A stretch of 64,000 nt of DNA from Squalus acanthias. Taxonomy: Eukaryota. This document shows, in pieces, positions 37,362 through 50,113 of the stretch. Below the pieces are notes generated by a model that ran no database searches, was not told the DNA's origin, and was given only the letters and a program-made list of their open reading frames with translations. Each line of letters starts with the position of its first letter. The first letter of the stretch is position 1. The stretch lies in NCBI GenBank assembly GCA_030390025.1, contig CM059425.1, positions 137,394,001 to 137,458,000 on the forward strand, given 5' to 3'. A program made the translations under genes and the position numbers.

Positions 37362-37926
37362 ACACACCACACACACACACCCACACACACCCACACCCAC
37401 CCACACACCCACACCCACCCACACACACCCACACCCACCCACACACCCACACCCACCCACACACACCCACACCCACACACACACGCCCACACACACCCAC
37501 ACACCCACACACACCCACACCCACCACACCCACACACACCCACACCCCACACACCCACACACCCACACCACACACACCCACCCACCCCACACCCCCACAC
37601 CCCCACACCCACACACACCCACACCCACCCACACACCCACACACCCACACACCACACACACCCACACACACACACACCCACACACACCCACACCCACCCA
37701 CACACCCACACACACACACACCCACACACACACACACACCCACACACCCACACCCACACACACCCACACCCACCCACACACACCCACACACCCACCCACA
37801 CACCCACACACACACACACCACACACACCCACACCCACACACACACACCCACACACACCCACACACACCCACCCACACCCACCCACACACACCCACACAC
37901 CCACACACACCCACACACACACACAC
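37362..37926. repeat. Compound (C1-4A)n simple repeat, about 560 bp
   Basis: Essentially only C and A, with mixed CA, CCA and CCCA units. Confidence 0.95.
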
Positions 37927-39927
37927 GATATTTAGCAATCAGGTGTGGGAACACTGGTCTATTTTCTCCTCGCTAACCCAGTTGATAGCTTGCTGGCTTG
38001 TATGGTTCAAAAATCTGATGCGTGTGCTTGTTGAGCCATTTGGGCTCCTTCTATACTGTGTTAATTCAGTAATTTTCCCTTTCAGTATAAGTTTAGTATG
38101 ATTTACTTATCAAAAATGAATGTGACCCAATATTAAACAGGGAAATATTGTGGGACAATTTTAGAATATAGCCTTAATCAGGTGCATGGATCGGATGTGT
38201 GCTGCGCCGTCTGAAGGAATCAGCGCGGGGCCCGTGCCATTTTTATGATGGGGCTTTATTTGAATTAAATCAGCAAGCTACCAGCACAAAACTTGCTCCT
38301 GACGATTGGGAGAGTGGGAAATCCTACAGGGCAGCCATTACTATTCTGAACAATAGGACCCCTATTAGCATACATTTATCAGGCGGCTGCATTAAAATCG
38401 CTGCGGGACGCTATCAGATCAGGAAAATCGAGCTGTTCTATAATGGGCGGGCAATTTGTTCCGCCAGTTTATCACCCAAACAATGTAGGTGAACGCCAGC
38501 ACTCATTATCTCTTTATTCATCCAAGCCACTTATGAGTTGAAGGGCCGCACTTAGAACTCTGTGAAAGCTTTTTGTAAATGTTGGATACGCAACCAACTA
38601 AAGCAAGGCTAACTGATACAGACCAATATTGGTGTCCTTTATTTACTCAAGTGTTACGCTGCATTGGCTTTCCGAGTTACCTCTGTCAGGGTTCCTTTTG
38701 GGATACAGAGATGAGGTTGCATGGAGGGAGGAACATTGTGAGCACAACGATTGTCCCTGGAGTACCTAAAGCTGATTCTAATCAATCGATGGGAAACCAG
38801 TAAAAGAGCATGCTTCTCTTGCCAAAGGATGCAAAAGGAAATGAGTATGGAGATCCAATCTATTAGAGAACCCAGTGGACACAAGTTCATTGGCAAATAA
38901 AAATTCTCATCATATTACTGTCATCTCCTTCTGAAGAAAGGTTTCCTTTAATATTTTCTGTACATGTGTTAAATATAAATTCACCAGGGAAACATAATAA
39001 GCTTCTGTTTTGCACCCAAATCAATATCTGATAAATGGAAATACTGTTTCCTCCTCCAAGGTGAAATGAATGTTAAATCAATAACATCTTTTAAAAAGAA
39101 AATATGTTGATGACTGAAACTGATAGTGAATGTGTCAATAATCAGGAAGGAAGTGCTTCATAATGCAGATATCTGAAACATCAGGTTCCATCAAATTAAA
39201 TGTGATAGCAGACTTCGAGAGCAGGTTTTGTATTTTGCAGGTGTGTGTTGGCTGAGGTGACCTGACAGCCTGAATTGGGTCGACTGGGACGAAAAGAGAT
39301 GGACAATCAGAAATTTTTTCTTGAAGTTTTGGTTTGGTGATGTAACTCAAAATCCCAAGACAATTTTCTTGGGCAGTATAGTTGATTTATGTCAGTCAGG
39401 AGGAGGCTGGCATTAGTGGGCTGTGTCTTAAGACTCTTGCCGCTAAATTCGGCTCAGTAGTGCCCGGTCTTTCAGCACTATGGGTGCCTATTTGGGTCCA
39501 AAATGACGTCTGAGGTGCACACACATTTCTGGTGCAGGCCACGCTGGACGCCATTTTGGGTAGGTCGTTAGCGCGGGCGCTAGGAGTGTGTGCCGGAAGT
39601 GTGCAGAGTATGCAGATCATGACGTCAATCAGTGTGCAACGCTGATTTGATGCCAGCACTGCCATTTTCGCCCTCAACACTCCAGCTAACACCCTCTCAA
39701 ACACACACAGCTGAACATGATTTCAGCAGCAGGAAGGACCCCCACCAATGCTATTTAAAGGGATCATCACCTGCTTTCAGGTCTGTTGCTGATTGACTTC
39801 TACTGGCTCTTGGTGAGTTTGTGGAAGTGTTTGGTGGTTTTTTATCTTATTTGAAGTTGCTGAAGTCTCCAGGGAGTGGTGTGGCAGGTTACTTCAAGTC
39901 TACTGCTCAGACCAATTACTCCCAGAC

Positions 39928-41070
39928 ATGGGTGCAATAGTTTGTATCCCCCTTGGCCTGCAGCATGACAGGGAGAATGAGCAGAGGCGACACAGAGCAG
40001 GACAAGCTGCTCGAAGAGGGAAGAGGAGGAGGAGGGGGGGAGAGGGGCTCTCAGCAGGCGGCCATATCCACCCAGGGTCTTCAGGGAGCAGTTCTCCTAC
40101 CTCAACCTCAGCGAGGAATAGTGTGTGCGATATCTCTGCTTCACTAAGGAGGTGCTCACTGAAATCTGCTGCCTGTTGCAGGCAGAACTGCAGCTTCAGA
40201 GCCGGGCGAGAATGGCATTGCCAGTGCCTGTGAAGGCAAGTGTGGCCATGAATTTTTTATGCGTCAGGCTCCTTCCAGGCTGGATCAGGCGATATTTCCA
40301 ATATCTCCCAGTTCGCCGTATACTGTTGCATAAGGGAGGTCACTGAAGCTCTGTATGCAAAGAGAGGTGAATACATTTCAATCTCTCTTGCTAGAGAGAA
40401 GCAGGCGGAGTGAGCACGCAGCTTTGCCAGGATAGAAAGGCTTTCCCCATGATGCAGGGTGCCATTGACTGCATACACGTTGCTTTGCGGGTGCTGCAGG
40501 TGAATTCGGAGATATACCGGAACTGGAAGGGATTCCACTGCCTCAATGTCCAGCTGGTGTGTGACCATACTCAGTGCATCATGCAGGTTAATGCCCGGTA
40601 TCCTGGCAGCAGTCATGATACCTTTATTCTGTGGCAGTCCACTGTACCATCCGCATTTGAGCCACCGCGACAAACCAGAGGGTGGCTTCTGGGCGGCAAG
40701 GGCTATCCGCTGACCACATGGCTCATGACTATGGAGCGCAACCCAAGCACACGTGGGCAGCATGCATATAATGAAAGCCATGCTGCCACATGGACTCTGA
40801 TAGAGCAGACCATTGGTGTGCTTAAACAACGCTTCTGCTGTCTGGACTGCTCTGGAGGAGCACTGCAGTACTTGCCAGAGCGCATCTCAAGATCTGTTGT
40901 GGTCTGCTGCATGCTGCACAACCTCGCCATCATGAAGGCACCGCCCTTGCCACCAGGTATACAGTGAAGAGCTGAGGAGGAGGAGGAGGAGGAGGAAGGG
41001 AGGAGGCAACCAATACAGCCCCTTTCTGCCCGCGCTGTCCGTGATTGACTCATTTGACTGCGGTACCAGT
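39928..41070 (+). pseudogene. Harbinger DDE transposase (HARBI1-like) with frameshifts and stops
   Basis: GAIDCIHV, RNWKGFHCLNVQLVCD, YPGSSHD, LLG(D>G)KGYP, IEQTIGVLKQRF and CCMLHN motifs. Confidence 0.9.
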
Positions 41071-41229
41071 GAACGCAACCCCAATTCCCCATTCACCAAC
41101 AGTCCCACACCTTGCCTTCCCTCTGTTACTGACTATCACAGCGTCCTCTTGGCCACAATGCTACAATAAAAGCCACCACAAAACAAACATTCCAAACCAT
41201 GTACTTTGCATGTCTGAGTGCTCCTACGA

Positions 41230-42586
41230 AGTGCTACCCCAGTGGCTGCAGCATAGCTGGTGGATGTCTGCTGACTTTCAGTGGAGGAGACTGCAGATGA
41301 CCTTGGAGGATGACCTTGAGCTTCTCTGGGCCTAGAAGGCCCGACTGACGACTGCACCATCTCGGCATGGGCGGCAGTAATCTAGGCTGGCTGGCTGACA
41401 GGCAACAGCAGGGGCACTGGCAGAGTGGCAGTGGTGGGAGGATGAATGCTGTCATCCTGAGAGAGGACAGCAGGTTCGTGCTCCACAGAGCCACTGCCAC
41501 TCTTCTGGAGCCGGTGCCTCAGCAATCCTAGTAATCTGTTGGAGGACAGATTGCTGGACTGCTGTGACACCCTTTCAAAATTGTAACCACAGCCATGATG
41601 GCAGCAGTCTGTGCTTGCATGGCAGCAAGCTGAGCTTGCATGACTTCAGTCTGAGCTTCCACTGTAGCACTCAGATGTTGGGTGGCTTCTTCTTGTGCTG
41701 CAATGGAAGCTGAGACATCGGCCATCAGGTGCTGCATCATGGTTAGGTCCACACGTGCGCTAATGGAGTTGCCCACCACTTCCAAGCTGGAAAGGATGGG
41801 CTCCAAGCTTTGAGTAAAGCCCTGTGCAATGTTGGTGCTGGACTCCTCCAGCTTGTAAATCAGAATAGATTGTGGAATGAGGGGGAAGTGGGATGTGAGA
41901 AGGAGGATTAGGTGTGAGGATACCATCATCTTTGATTTTTTCAGCCTCATCGCTGACCACGGGCTCAGTGATGCCCTCCCAATAATCTCCAGCACCGTCT
42001 CCTCCATGGGGGTAAGGTCATGCAGGTGCAACTGTCTCCCTGCTGCCTCTGGTTATGAACCACCTTGTCCTGCAAGAAAGAGGGAAGTTTGTCAGTGAGT
42101 GTGGTGCAATGTGTTTGGCTGATGTGGCTGTCATGGTTGAATAGCTGACATTGTTTGCAAGCTGTGAGGTATAGGTGTGAGGCTTGCAGCAGTGCTAAGT
42201 GTGTGAGGGTGAGTTGAACCTATGAATGTAAGGTATGAGTCGTGATTGGTAGGTGGTGAAGGGGTGTGGTGAATTGAACAGTGTTTGAGCCTAGTGGTTC
42301 AGTTGTATGGATATGGCACTTGAAGAAGAATTCATTGACCTTGACCACTCATCTGAGGTCACTAACCTTCTTGCAGCACTGTATCCAGGTCCTCAGGGCT
42401 ACACTGCAGGCATTGATCGCGATGGCTGATTGCTCCCATTGCCTTCTCAGAGTATGTCTGGAGGGCCTCCTGGCCCCCTGTGGCTACAGGACCTCTCTCC
42501 TCCTGTCCACCTCCTGCACCAAGGCCTCCAGTGCAACGTCTGAGAACCTTGGAGCATGCTCTCTGCCCTGTTGCGCCATTACTCAT
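41230..42586 (-). pseudogene. Harbinger Myb/SANT-like DNA-binding partner gene remnant (spliced)
   Basis: Exon 1 at about 42340-42586 (APRFSDVALEALVQEV..., frameshifted), then LTPMEETVLEIIG and a coiled-coil-like segment in ORF 41528-42031. Confidence 0.75.
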
Positions 42587-43532
42587 TATTGTTCCTGCTC
42601 AGACTCTGTTCTCCAGCCACTTCCAGCACCTGCTGCAGCCAGAATGCACCTCCCCTTTAGAAGGTGTAGGCTGCCTTTAAGTAATGCAGGCTAGTCTCGC
42701 ACAAACTTGGGCCCCCTGCTGAGGCATGCAGCAACTCAGCAGTGCATTCAGCGCTGGGCTATATGCTACTATTATTTAAATTAGCAGGCAGCATGAAGTT
42801 TGTGTGCTGTCTGCATCTGAAGAAACGGGCATGGGTTGATCACGCATCGCAATCCCCATGCCCGTTTTCAGGCCATGTCCAATTTCTAGGCCAATGTCTT
42901 GTGCAAGGCTTTATCCTTGCATATAATTAGGAAAGTGAACAATTGGAGTAAGATAATGGAGATGTCATTGTTTTTAAGACAACTATGTCAGTTGTCATTG
43001 ATAGTATGAGAGCAATGACAATAGTATCTTTGTACAGACTTTGAAGTTAAACTTTTGATATAGAAGCAAATTTCTTCCAATGTAGAAACATTTCTGCTGT
43101 GTGAAATTCAGTCTCCAATTATATTTTGTTGCCATTCTAAATAAAATGCTAGTCTGCTGCTTTTTTTACTCACATTTCTCCTTGAAGAAAAAGCTTTGCT
43201 TGCAGAAAGAATTATCTCCATCTTTGTATTAACTTGCAATTAGGAGGCCCATATTCCTTTGTCTGTGGTGCTAGTTTGTCTTTCTCCCTCCTCTGATCTA
43301 CAAATGCTGCCCTCTGATACAAATTAACGGTACAGGCTATTTGCATTGAAGTTATTTAGCTGCAGATTAATGAGATTCAAACAGGTAACATTGGTTTGCT
43401 GAAGCTGCATCCCTTATGGCTAGATGGATTTGGATGAAAAAGGCCCTTCAGCCGATTTGATCGCCTCCACCATCTATTTGTTTCTTAAGTGAGTCCAGTG
43501 TCCTGGTCTCAACCACTCCTCCAAGAAACCTG

Positions 43533-44108
43533 TGTAAGGTTCGAATTTCACTTGTTTTATTCGTAACCTTATTCTTCATTTTGACCCTGAGCGGAGATGA
43601 CAACCTCAGAAACTGGCGTCGAGATTACCAAGCACTTTATTCAATTGACGAATGACAATGAGCAACAGTTAAAGATAAATACTTACAACTGGGGAATACG
43701 GTTCAGAATGCGAGGTGATCAAGCTGTTGTTCTGGGCGAGCCAGAATGTCTATCAAAGTGATTCTTCTTGCGTGTAGATCTCAACATTCATTGGTTAGCT
43801 ACTCCACTGGGTGCTTTTGCACTCTCCTGTTGGCAGTATCTAGTTTTTCCTTTTTATATGAACGGAAGCGAGCCTGACCAATACCTTATAAGGTGATATT
43901 CTTTGTCTCCGTCCTTTGGCTTCTTGCTACAAGGAGTATTTTTTTCTCTTTGTCAATTTTGCAGGTATTCCAAGCGCTAAACTTTCAACCGCTGTAACCT
44001 TTGTTCTGCTTTTGTTTTCTGATATGGACAACTGATAAAGCAGACCAAGTCCAAATGCTAATATGTTCATTCATTGTGGTTTAGCTGTTGACTCAGCTGA
44101 ATCCTACA
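43533..44108 (-). mobile_element. Probable solo LTR (ERV or Gypsy type)
   Basis: TG...CA ends with imperfect inverted termini TGTAAGGTTC / GAATCCTACA and a 4-bp TSD CCTG. The minus strand has TATAAAAA (43851-43858) upstream of AATAAA (43636-43641). Confidence 0.75.
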
Positions 44109-45875
44109 CCTGTTCCAGCAGGTAAATCCCCCACACTCAGATCTTGGCGGTCTTAGCCCCGGAAGTCTGAAGGGCTTCCTGCTCTGAACTCAGCCTTCCC
44201 CCTCTGTGCCAAAGTGCGATCCATTTGTTTCACTCCCTTAGGTGCGTTTCAGTGAAACTTGGCTGCTTCAGCTGCACCTCCAATGGCTTGCATTAAATAC
44301 TATTGCTGTCAATTAGATTTTATTAAAGAGGACTAAAACCCTGCAGTGAAGTCATTCCTGTCATCACACTGTACATCTGTACTATCCATTTAATTACTCT
44401 GGCCAATTCTCAGTCTCTTATATATTGGCCTGCTCAAAGCTCTGTAAATCATGGATTTGGGGCCATCTTGATCCCAATAACATTTTCTTTCTACTGAAGA
44501 TCACAGGTAAATTATGTAACTGTGGACTCATTGATGCGTTGTGATCTGTTGTCATCCCCATCATAACGTCAATTTAATTAACAAGAGTGATGCAGTCGGA
44601 GTTATTTCACCAGCCAGGCTGGGCTTTCCTTTAAATTATATTACAGCCTATCTTTGCCTCTAGCATTTGTACTGTTGTAAAACTCTAATTAAGAAAGCTG
44701 CATATTAATTTCAGTGAAATTGCAGTCACAGGGATAAAATTAAAATTCCGACCTGTACTGTATTAGAACAGAACCTGAAGTCGAGGCAAGAAAATAGAGA
44801 TGTGAAAATGAAAATATTTTTTTAATGAAATCTCATTTACTGCTGTTGAAAATGCACTGGTGTGTGAATAATGCCTACAGTTATCCTCAACAACACAAGA
44901 TTTAACCTTTTTAGTTACATAAAGCTGGTAATAGCTGGAAAACCTCTGCCATAGTATTCAATACTCATTAGGGATATGCTTTAAGATTGATTTTTAGTGC
45001 ATTATCTCTTTTTATGTTTGGGTTGACAATACTTAAGGGAAAATTTTGCAAGGCAAGCCTCCTGGTGCAGTCAGGAGTGCAGATTGAAAAATTAGGCTTG
45101 CTGATCTCCGTACCCAATCCTCTGATCAAGTGAGATAGTTAGTTAAAGTCTCCTGTACCTAGTGGCACATGAGGCAATACCATTTCTACCACTGCTGTTC
45201 GTCCAGAGCAAGATATTTGACTGCGTCATATTGCTTTGTATGTCATGGTTCGCCATAGTTGATGTTTATAATTGCACGTCTGTAACAGATTTATCTTCTG
45301 GGTTGTTTCCATAATGAAAGGCATTTTTATGTAGACTGGTTGTTTGCCTAACAACCCCCTACATATGAGAACCGGTAGACTGCCTTTAATCTGGCTCCTA
45401 TCTTTCAACCTGCCCTACCAGGAGTGATACTCCCGTCAGCATTGCACTCGGGGGTCATTGGAGCACCAAAGCTTTCCCATCGCATCAAGGCACAGACCTT
45501 AGGGAAGGTCGAGTGAGTTACCTCACCTCACAAAATATACCCTCTACTTGGGTAAAATAATTTACAGATGTACTCCATCGAATTTGAAATCTCTGACTCT
45601 GGACCTATAATAACAATGAATACTGAATCCCATCCAAGAGCCAACATCTCTTGTGTCTGCTGGTCTGCCTCATCAACCAAGTAACCTGTTGACAGATGGG
45701 AAAACTACATTGCTGACCCCATAACTTTTCCAATAATTAATAATTAAGATACTTATATTGTTGTTGCTGTATTTATATAGCATCTTGTCATATAGGAACA
45801 TCTGATAGTGCTTCACACAATTAAATACTTTTAAAGAACAGTTAAGAATATAAGAATTAGGAGCAGGAGTAGGCC

Positions 45876-48575
45876 AGTGATAGGGAGTGTGAAGGCTGCA
45901 TGGTCAAATAGTTAAGTGAATGTGACCATAGAGAGAGAGGGAATGGGTAAGGGTGCAGGGATGTAAGTGTCAAGTGGGATGTGGAGGAAGAGGTTGGCAA
46001 AGCAGAGTGCTGGTGAGGAGAGGCAATGGGGATCAGATTGAGGGTGATGGGAAAGGCATACTCACCTTTCCTGTGCGGAGAAGGTCATGAAACCTCTTCC
46101 TGCATTGCAGCCAGGTTCTGTGGCTCATCAAGATGGAGTTGACCTCCTCGGCCACTTGCAGCCACACAGCTTTAGACTGCTGGGGTGGCTTTTTTCAACC
46201 ACAACAACTTACAACACACAGGGAGGGCCCTTTGTCTCCTTCTAAGCATCTATGCTATGGATTCTCTAAACTCACTCCTTCATTCTCACTCAAACTCCAC
46301 TTGTGTCCCTCATTGCAGGAAAAGAGAGCCCACAATAAGAGGGAAAGAGCCATGACAGGAGGAGGGCCACCTTCAGTAGCCCAGCTCACCGCCTGGGAGG
46401 AGGCGGCCCTGGAAATCGCTGGGATCGAGGACAATTCCCAAGTGGGGGACAGACAGACAGGCACATCACAGTAAGCTGGTGACAGAATAGTTTGGCATCT
46501 CTCTCATTGACATTGCATGAGTCACTGATAATGATTTTGATGCTCTAACAGATTGACTTATGATCATCTGCACTATTCAATGTGCATGTAATCTTGACCT
46601 CACATCTCTAACTCTTTCCTTTACTCCCCCACAGGACCATCGAGAGCCCCCGTCCCCACTGTCCAGGAGGAAGAACCTGAGCTTCCAGACTCATCAGAGG
46701 AAGCTGCAACCTCTGAGGGCGCAGCATCAGCAGAATTGAGTGCACCCAGCACCAGCGCAGATACTCACACATAGGTGGGACCTTCGCGAGATAGAGTAGT
46801 GTTGTCACCTGGTGTATCATAGCTCACAAGTAAGCATCAGCAGATGGTGGAGACAGGGACAGCAGTGGAGAGTCCTCATCGGAGGGCGCAGGACTCTGCC
46901 AGCTCGGCTCAGCTGCATGTCGACCCTGTGCGTCCGGGTCCAGCCAGAAGGAGAGCGGTGCTGGAACTCCAGGAACAGGTGCAGGAGTCTCTGGCAGATT
47001 TTGTCTCCAGGGTCACTGCGAGTGTGGAGCGAATGGAGGAGTCCATCGTGAACATGAGCAGAGCCTTTGTGGAGGCATTGGCACATGAACACATCACCGC
47101 GGAAAGGATGGCAACCTCTGTGGAAAGGATGGCTACCTCCATGGTAAGGCTGGCTACCATAGAGGAGAGGATGGCTACAGTAGAGGAGAGGATGGCTACG
47201 GCCATGGAGGAGCTTAGTCACCAGGGTCTTGAAAACATGGTCATTGTTCAGAATAGAATGACATCTCTTGAGGAGCGATGGTCAGCTATTGAGCATACAA
47301 ACCAGACCTTCATGGAAGTGCTCTAGAGTAGGACTTCCAGTGCAGAAATGGGTCCTTATGGCCCCCCTGCAGTGCAGCAAGGTGCTGTCAAGCCACTTGC
47401 TAGCTCTGAAGTGGGGCTGACCCATGAGAGGGATGTTGGTGGCAGACAACAAGGAAGTGGGAGCTCCTCTCCAAGCACAACCATGCCACTGCAGAGCCCT
47501 CGTTCAGAGCCCCACCAGAGTCCTCACCCAACTGAGATGGGTGTCTCAACCCCTGACACAGCCGTAGGAGCAGCAGACTGATGCCGAGCCCTCACAGGTT
47601 CGCAACCCCAGAGGACGCCCACCAAATGTGTCGAGACAGGAGCAGCAAGAAAGTGAGCAAGGGGCAACCACATCTGCTGAAGCCACAGGGGAAGCACCAC
47701 GTAGGGGCATGCGTAAGAGGAAGATAAAGCACAAGTAGTCACAAGGGTAGTCACTTGGGTGTTGTGATGTATTGTTTTTTGACCAGCCATCCTTGTCATG
47801 GTATCATAAACAGATTTGATGGTAAACTGTTGAAGTTGTGGCTTGTGTCATTTCGCAAATGGGACTTCCACATTGAGGGCTTAGGGCGACTTGCAATTGT
47901 CAGTATGGTGGTCAGATTAATAGGAATCCTCAGGTTCTTGTCCATTGTCGATGGTCTGGGAAGAAGGTGCGAGGCAAAAGTGTTTGATTGTGCAGGCTAA
48001 GCAAATCTGGCCAACATGAGTGCATCCCTTGCATCCCGGCCAGCAATGTGGTCACGCGTGGGCGCCTTCTGGCCTGTGCAGCTTCAGATGGGTGAGCAGC
48101 AGCTTGGCGCTCCTGTTGTTGCTGCTGCTGTTGGTGCTGCTGTTGCTCATGGGTCTGCTGCTGCCATGGCTGGTCTTTGTCCGAATCTGATGTCCAGGAG
48201 GAAAGGAAATAAATGTTCGCCATGCTTTCTGGTATATGCCTCAGTTGAGGAAGCGCTCAGTCAAGGTTTTAGTAAGCAATCTACTTGTGAGGCCACCAGG
48301 ATTAACTGGCATGTTCCAGAGTAGGCGTGTAGGATGGGGGAAATGTCTAAAAATCAGAAAGGCCTCTCAAAATGGGATTATAGAGGCAATTAAGGGCCTT
48401 AAGGGCCAATCCCGCCTCTTGGAGGCGGGATGGAAACGGGGTCTGAAAACATGAATGTGGGAAAATTGCTCGGAGGTGGGATGGAGGCGGGATCGGGCCC
48501 GCCTGCCATTTTTTGCGATTTTGACAACTCACACGCCTCCAAACCTGCCTCCTCGGGCCTGGTAAAATCGAGCCC
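45876..48575 (+). mobile_element. Harbinger non-autonomous element with Myb-partner exons and an inverted left segment
   Basis: Right end GTAAAATCGAGCCC. Homologous to 54011-55749. Exon EKRAHNKRERAMTGGGPP and heptad-repeat ORF 46844-47326. Confidence 0.8.
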
Positions 48576-49027
48576 AATATGATTGGAGCTCAAAGATGAA
48601 AAACAGGCTTGTTACATTGGTAGGGGTGCAGTACAGACCTCCAAATTGTGGAAGAAAATGGAAGAGGAAATTTACTGTCAGATTAGAGAGTAAGAATAAC
48701 AAAATTATTATTTTGGGAGATTTTAATTATTCATTTATTGATTGCGACAGCGAGAGAGTAAATGGAGAAAGGGAATGGAATTCATAAAATGTGTACAGGA
48801 CTCCTTCCTCAAGCACTATGTTAGTCGTCTATAAGGGTAGAAGGATTGTTAGATCTGGTTATGAGTAATGGAATAGATCAGATAGATGAGCTAAGTGTGG
48901 GTGTGCACCTTCGGAGTAGAGACCACAATGTGGTAAAGTTTACGATTCAACTAGAAATGGAAAAAGTCAATAAAAAAACTAGAACACCAGATTGTATAAT
49001 TGAAATTACCGATGCCCCAGGAATTAT

Positions 49028-49814
49028 GGCCTCAATATTTACTGCGGCAGGATTTCCAAGCAGGGAGGGGTGGAGATCTGGTCAGGAAACCCAGAAGTCT
49101 GAACGCTGTGGCATGTGCGTGCGTGTTTTTTTTTTAACAGGTTCCCTGCCCAGAAGCCAACCTGATTGACAGATTTGGCTCTCTGTCGGGCGTGGAACAC
49201 TGCAGAAGAGGCCGCAGCCCAGGAGCAGATAGGTTTTGTGCTGCCCAGTGTAGAGATCATTGGGGGTGGTGGGTGGGTGGGTGGGTAAAGCGTGGTTTGG
49301 AGGGTCGGGCGTCGGTGATCATGAGGGTGGTGGTTGGTGATCGCAGAGAGGGTCCAATCGCTGGGGGTGTCCAATCGCTGTGGAGTTTTACAGGTTTGCT
49401 TGTTGGGCTGGGGGCAAACACACCTGCTCCTCCTGGCCTACAAGCAGAGCTGGAAATGCACTTACATGTTCCCTGCCGCAGTCCTCGCCTCCCTTTAGCT
49501 GCCGGGATTCCTGAGGCTCGGGAAACCCAGCCAGCCAGCGTTAAGCCTGAAATATAAATAAAATGTTAGGCACGCAACCTCATTAAAATATTTTAATGAG
49601 TGATCCGCCTCCTCGGAGCCAGTTGGTCTACCCCCACCCCCCTCCCGGTCGTCCCACCGCCCCCCCCACCCCACTCCGTCCCATCCTGCCTCCGTTACAA
49701 TGGGAAGTGGGCAGGTTCGAGGCACGTTGTGTTCGAGGGGGGTTTGAGATGTTTTACATTTTAAGTTCTCACTCGACGCAAACGCACCCACTTTTGGGGG
49801 TTAAAATTACCCCC
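49028..49814. mobile_element. Harbinger-type MITE
   Basis: Ends GGCCTCAATATTT / AAAATTACCCCC, TSD TAT. The right part is the reverse homolog of 55952-56250. Confidence 0.65.
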
Positions 49815-50113
49815 TATATTTCAGGGCTCTAGTGATTGTGGATATGTGCTGGAGATTGGCTAATGTACCACCCATTTTTAAAAGAGAGACAGAGCTAATC
49901 CATGTAATCACAGGGCTATTAGCTTAACATTTCTGGCAAGGAAAATTTTTGAATCTTTCATTAAGGATGATTAGGTAATAGGCATGATAAATGGGGAAAA
50001 TGCAGTGAGTGTAGTGTACATGGACTTTAGGAAGGCCATTGACAAGGCATCACATTGGAGATTATTAGAGAAGATTAAGGGGTATGGAATTAGGCAGAGT
50101 ATATAGAATCATA

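Larger units (their letters stand above)
39440..42892 (+). mobile_element. Decayed two-gene PIF/Harbinger transposon
   Basis: Convergent transposase (plus) and Myb/SANT (minus) genes. Right end CCAATTTCTAGGCC; the left TIR is degenerate. Confidence 0.85.

Noticed and set aside
37239..38101. Long ORFs rich in V/C/G/W or H/T/P
   Set aside because: They are translations of the C/A simple repeat, which cannot contain stop codons.
38145..38500. Possible additional MITE
   Set aside because: It is a GC-richer patch, but I could not identify a matching TIR pair or TSD.
40410..40967. Host HARBI1 gene
   Set aside because: It has frameshifts, stops and a mutated GDxGY aspartate, and lies inside a TE with a convergent Myb partner. 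It is a transposon copy, not the domesticated gene.
45330..45510. Possible RTE-type LINE 5' fragment with an HDV-like ribozyme
   Set aside because: The resemblance is from memory only, and I could not build the nested double pseudoknot by eye.
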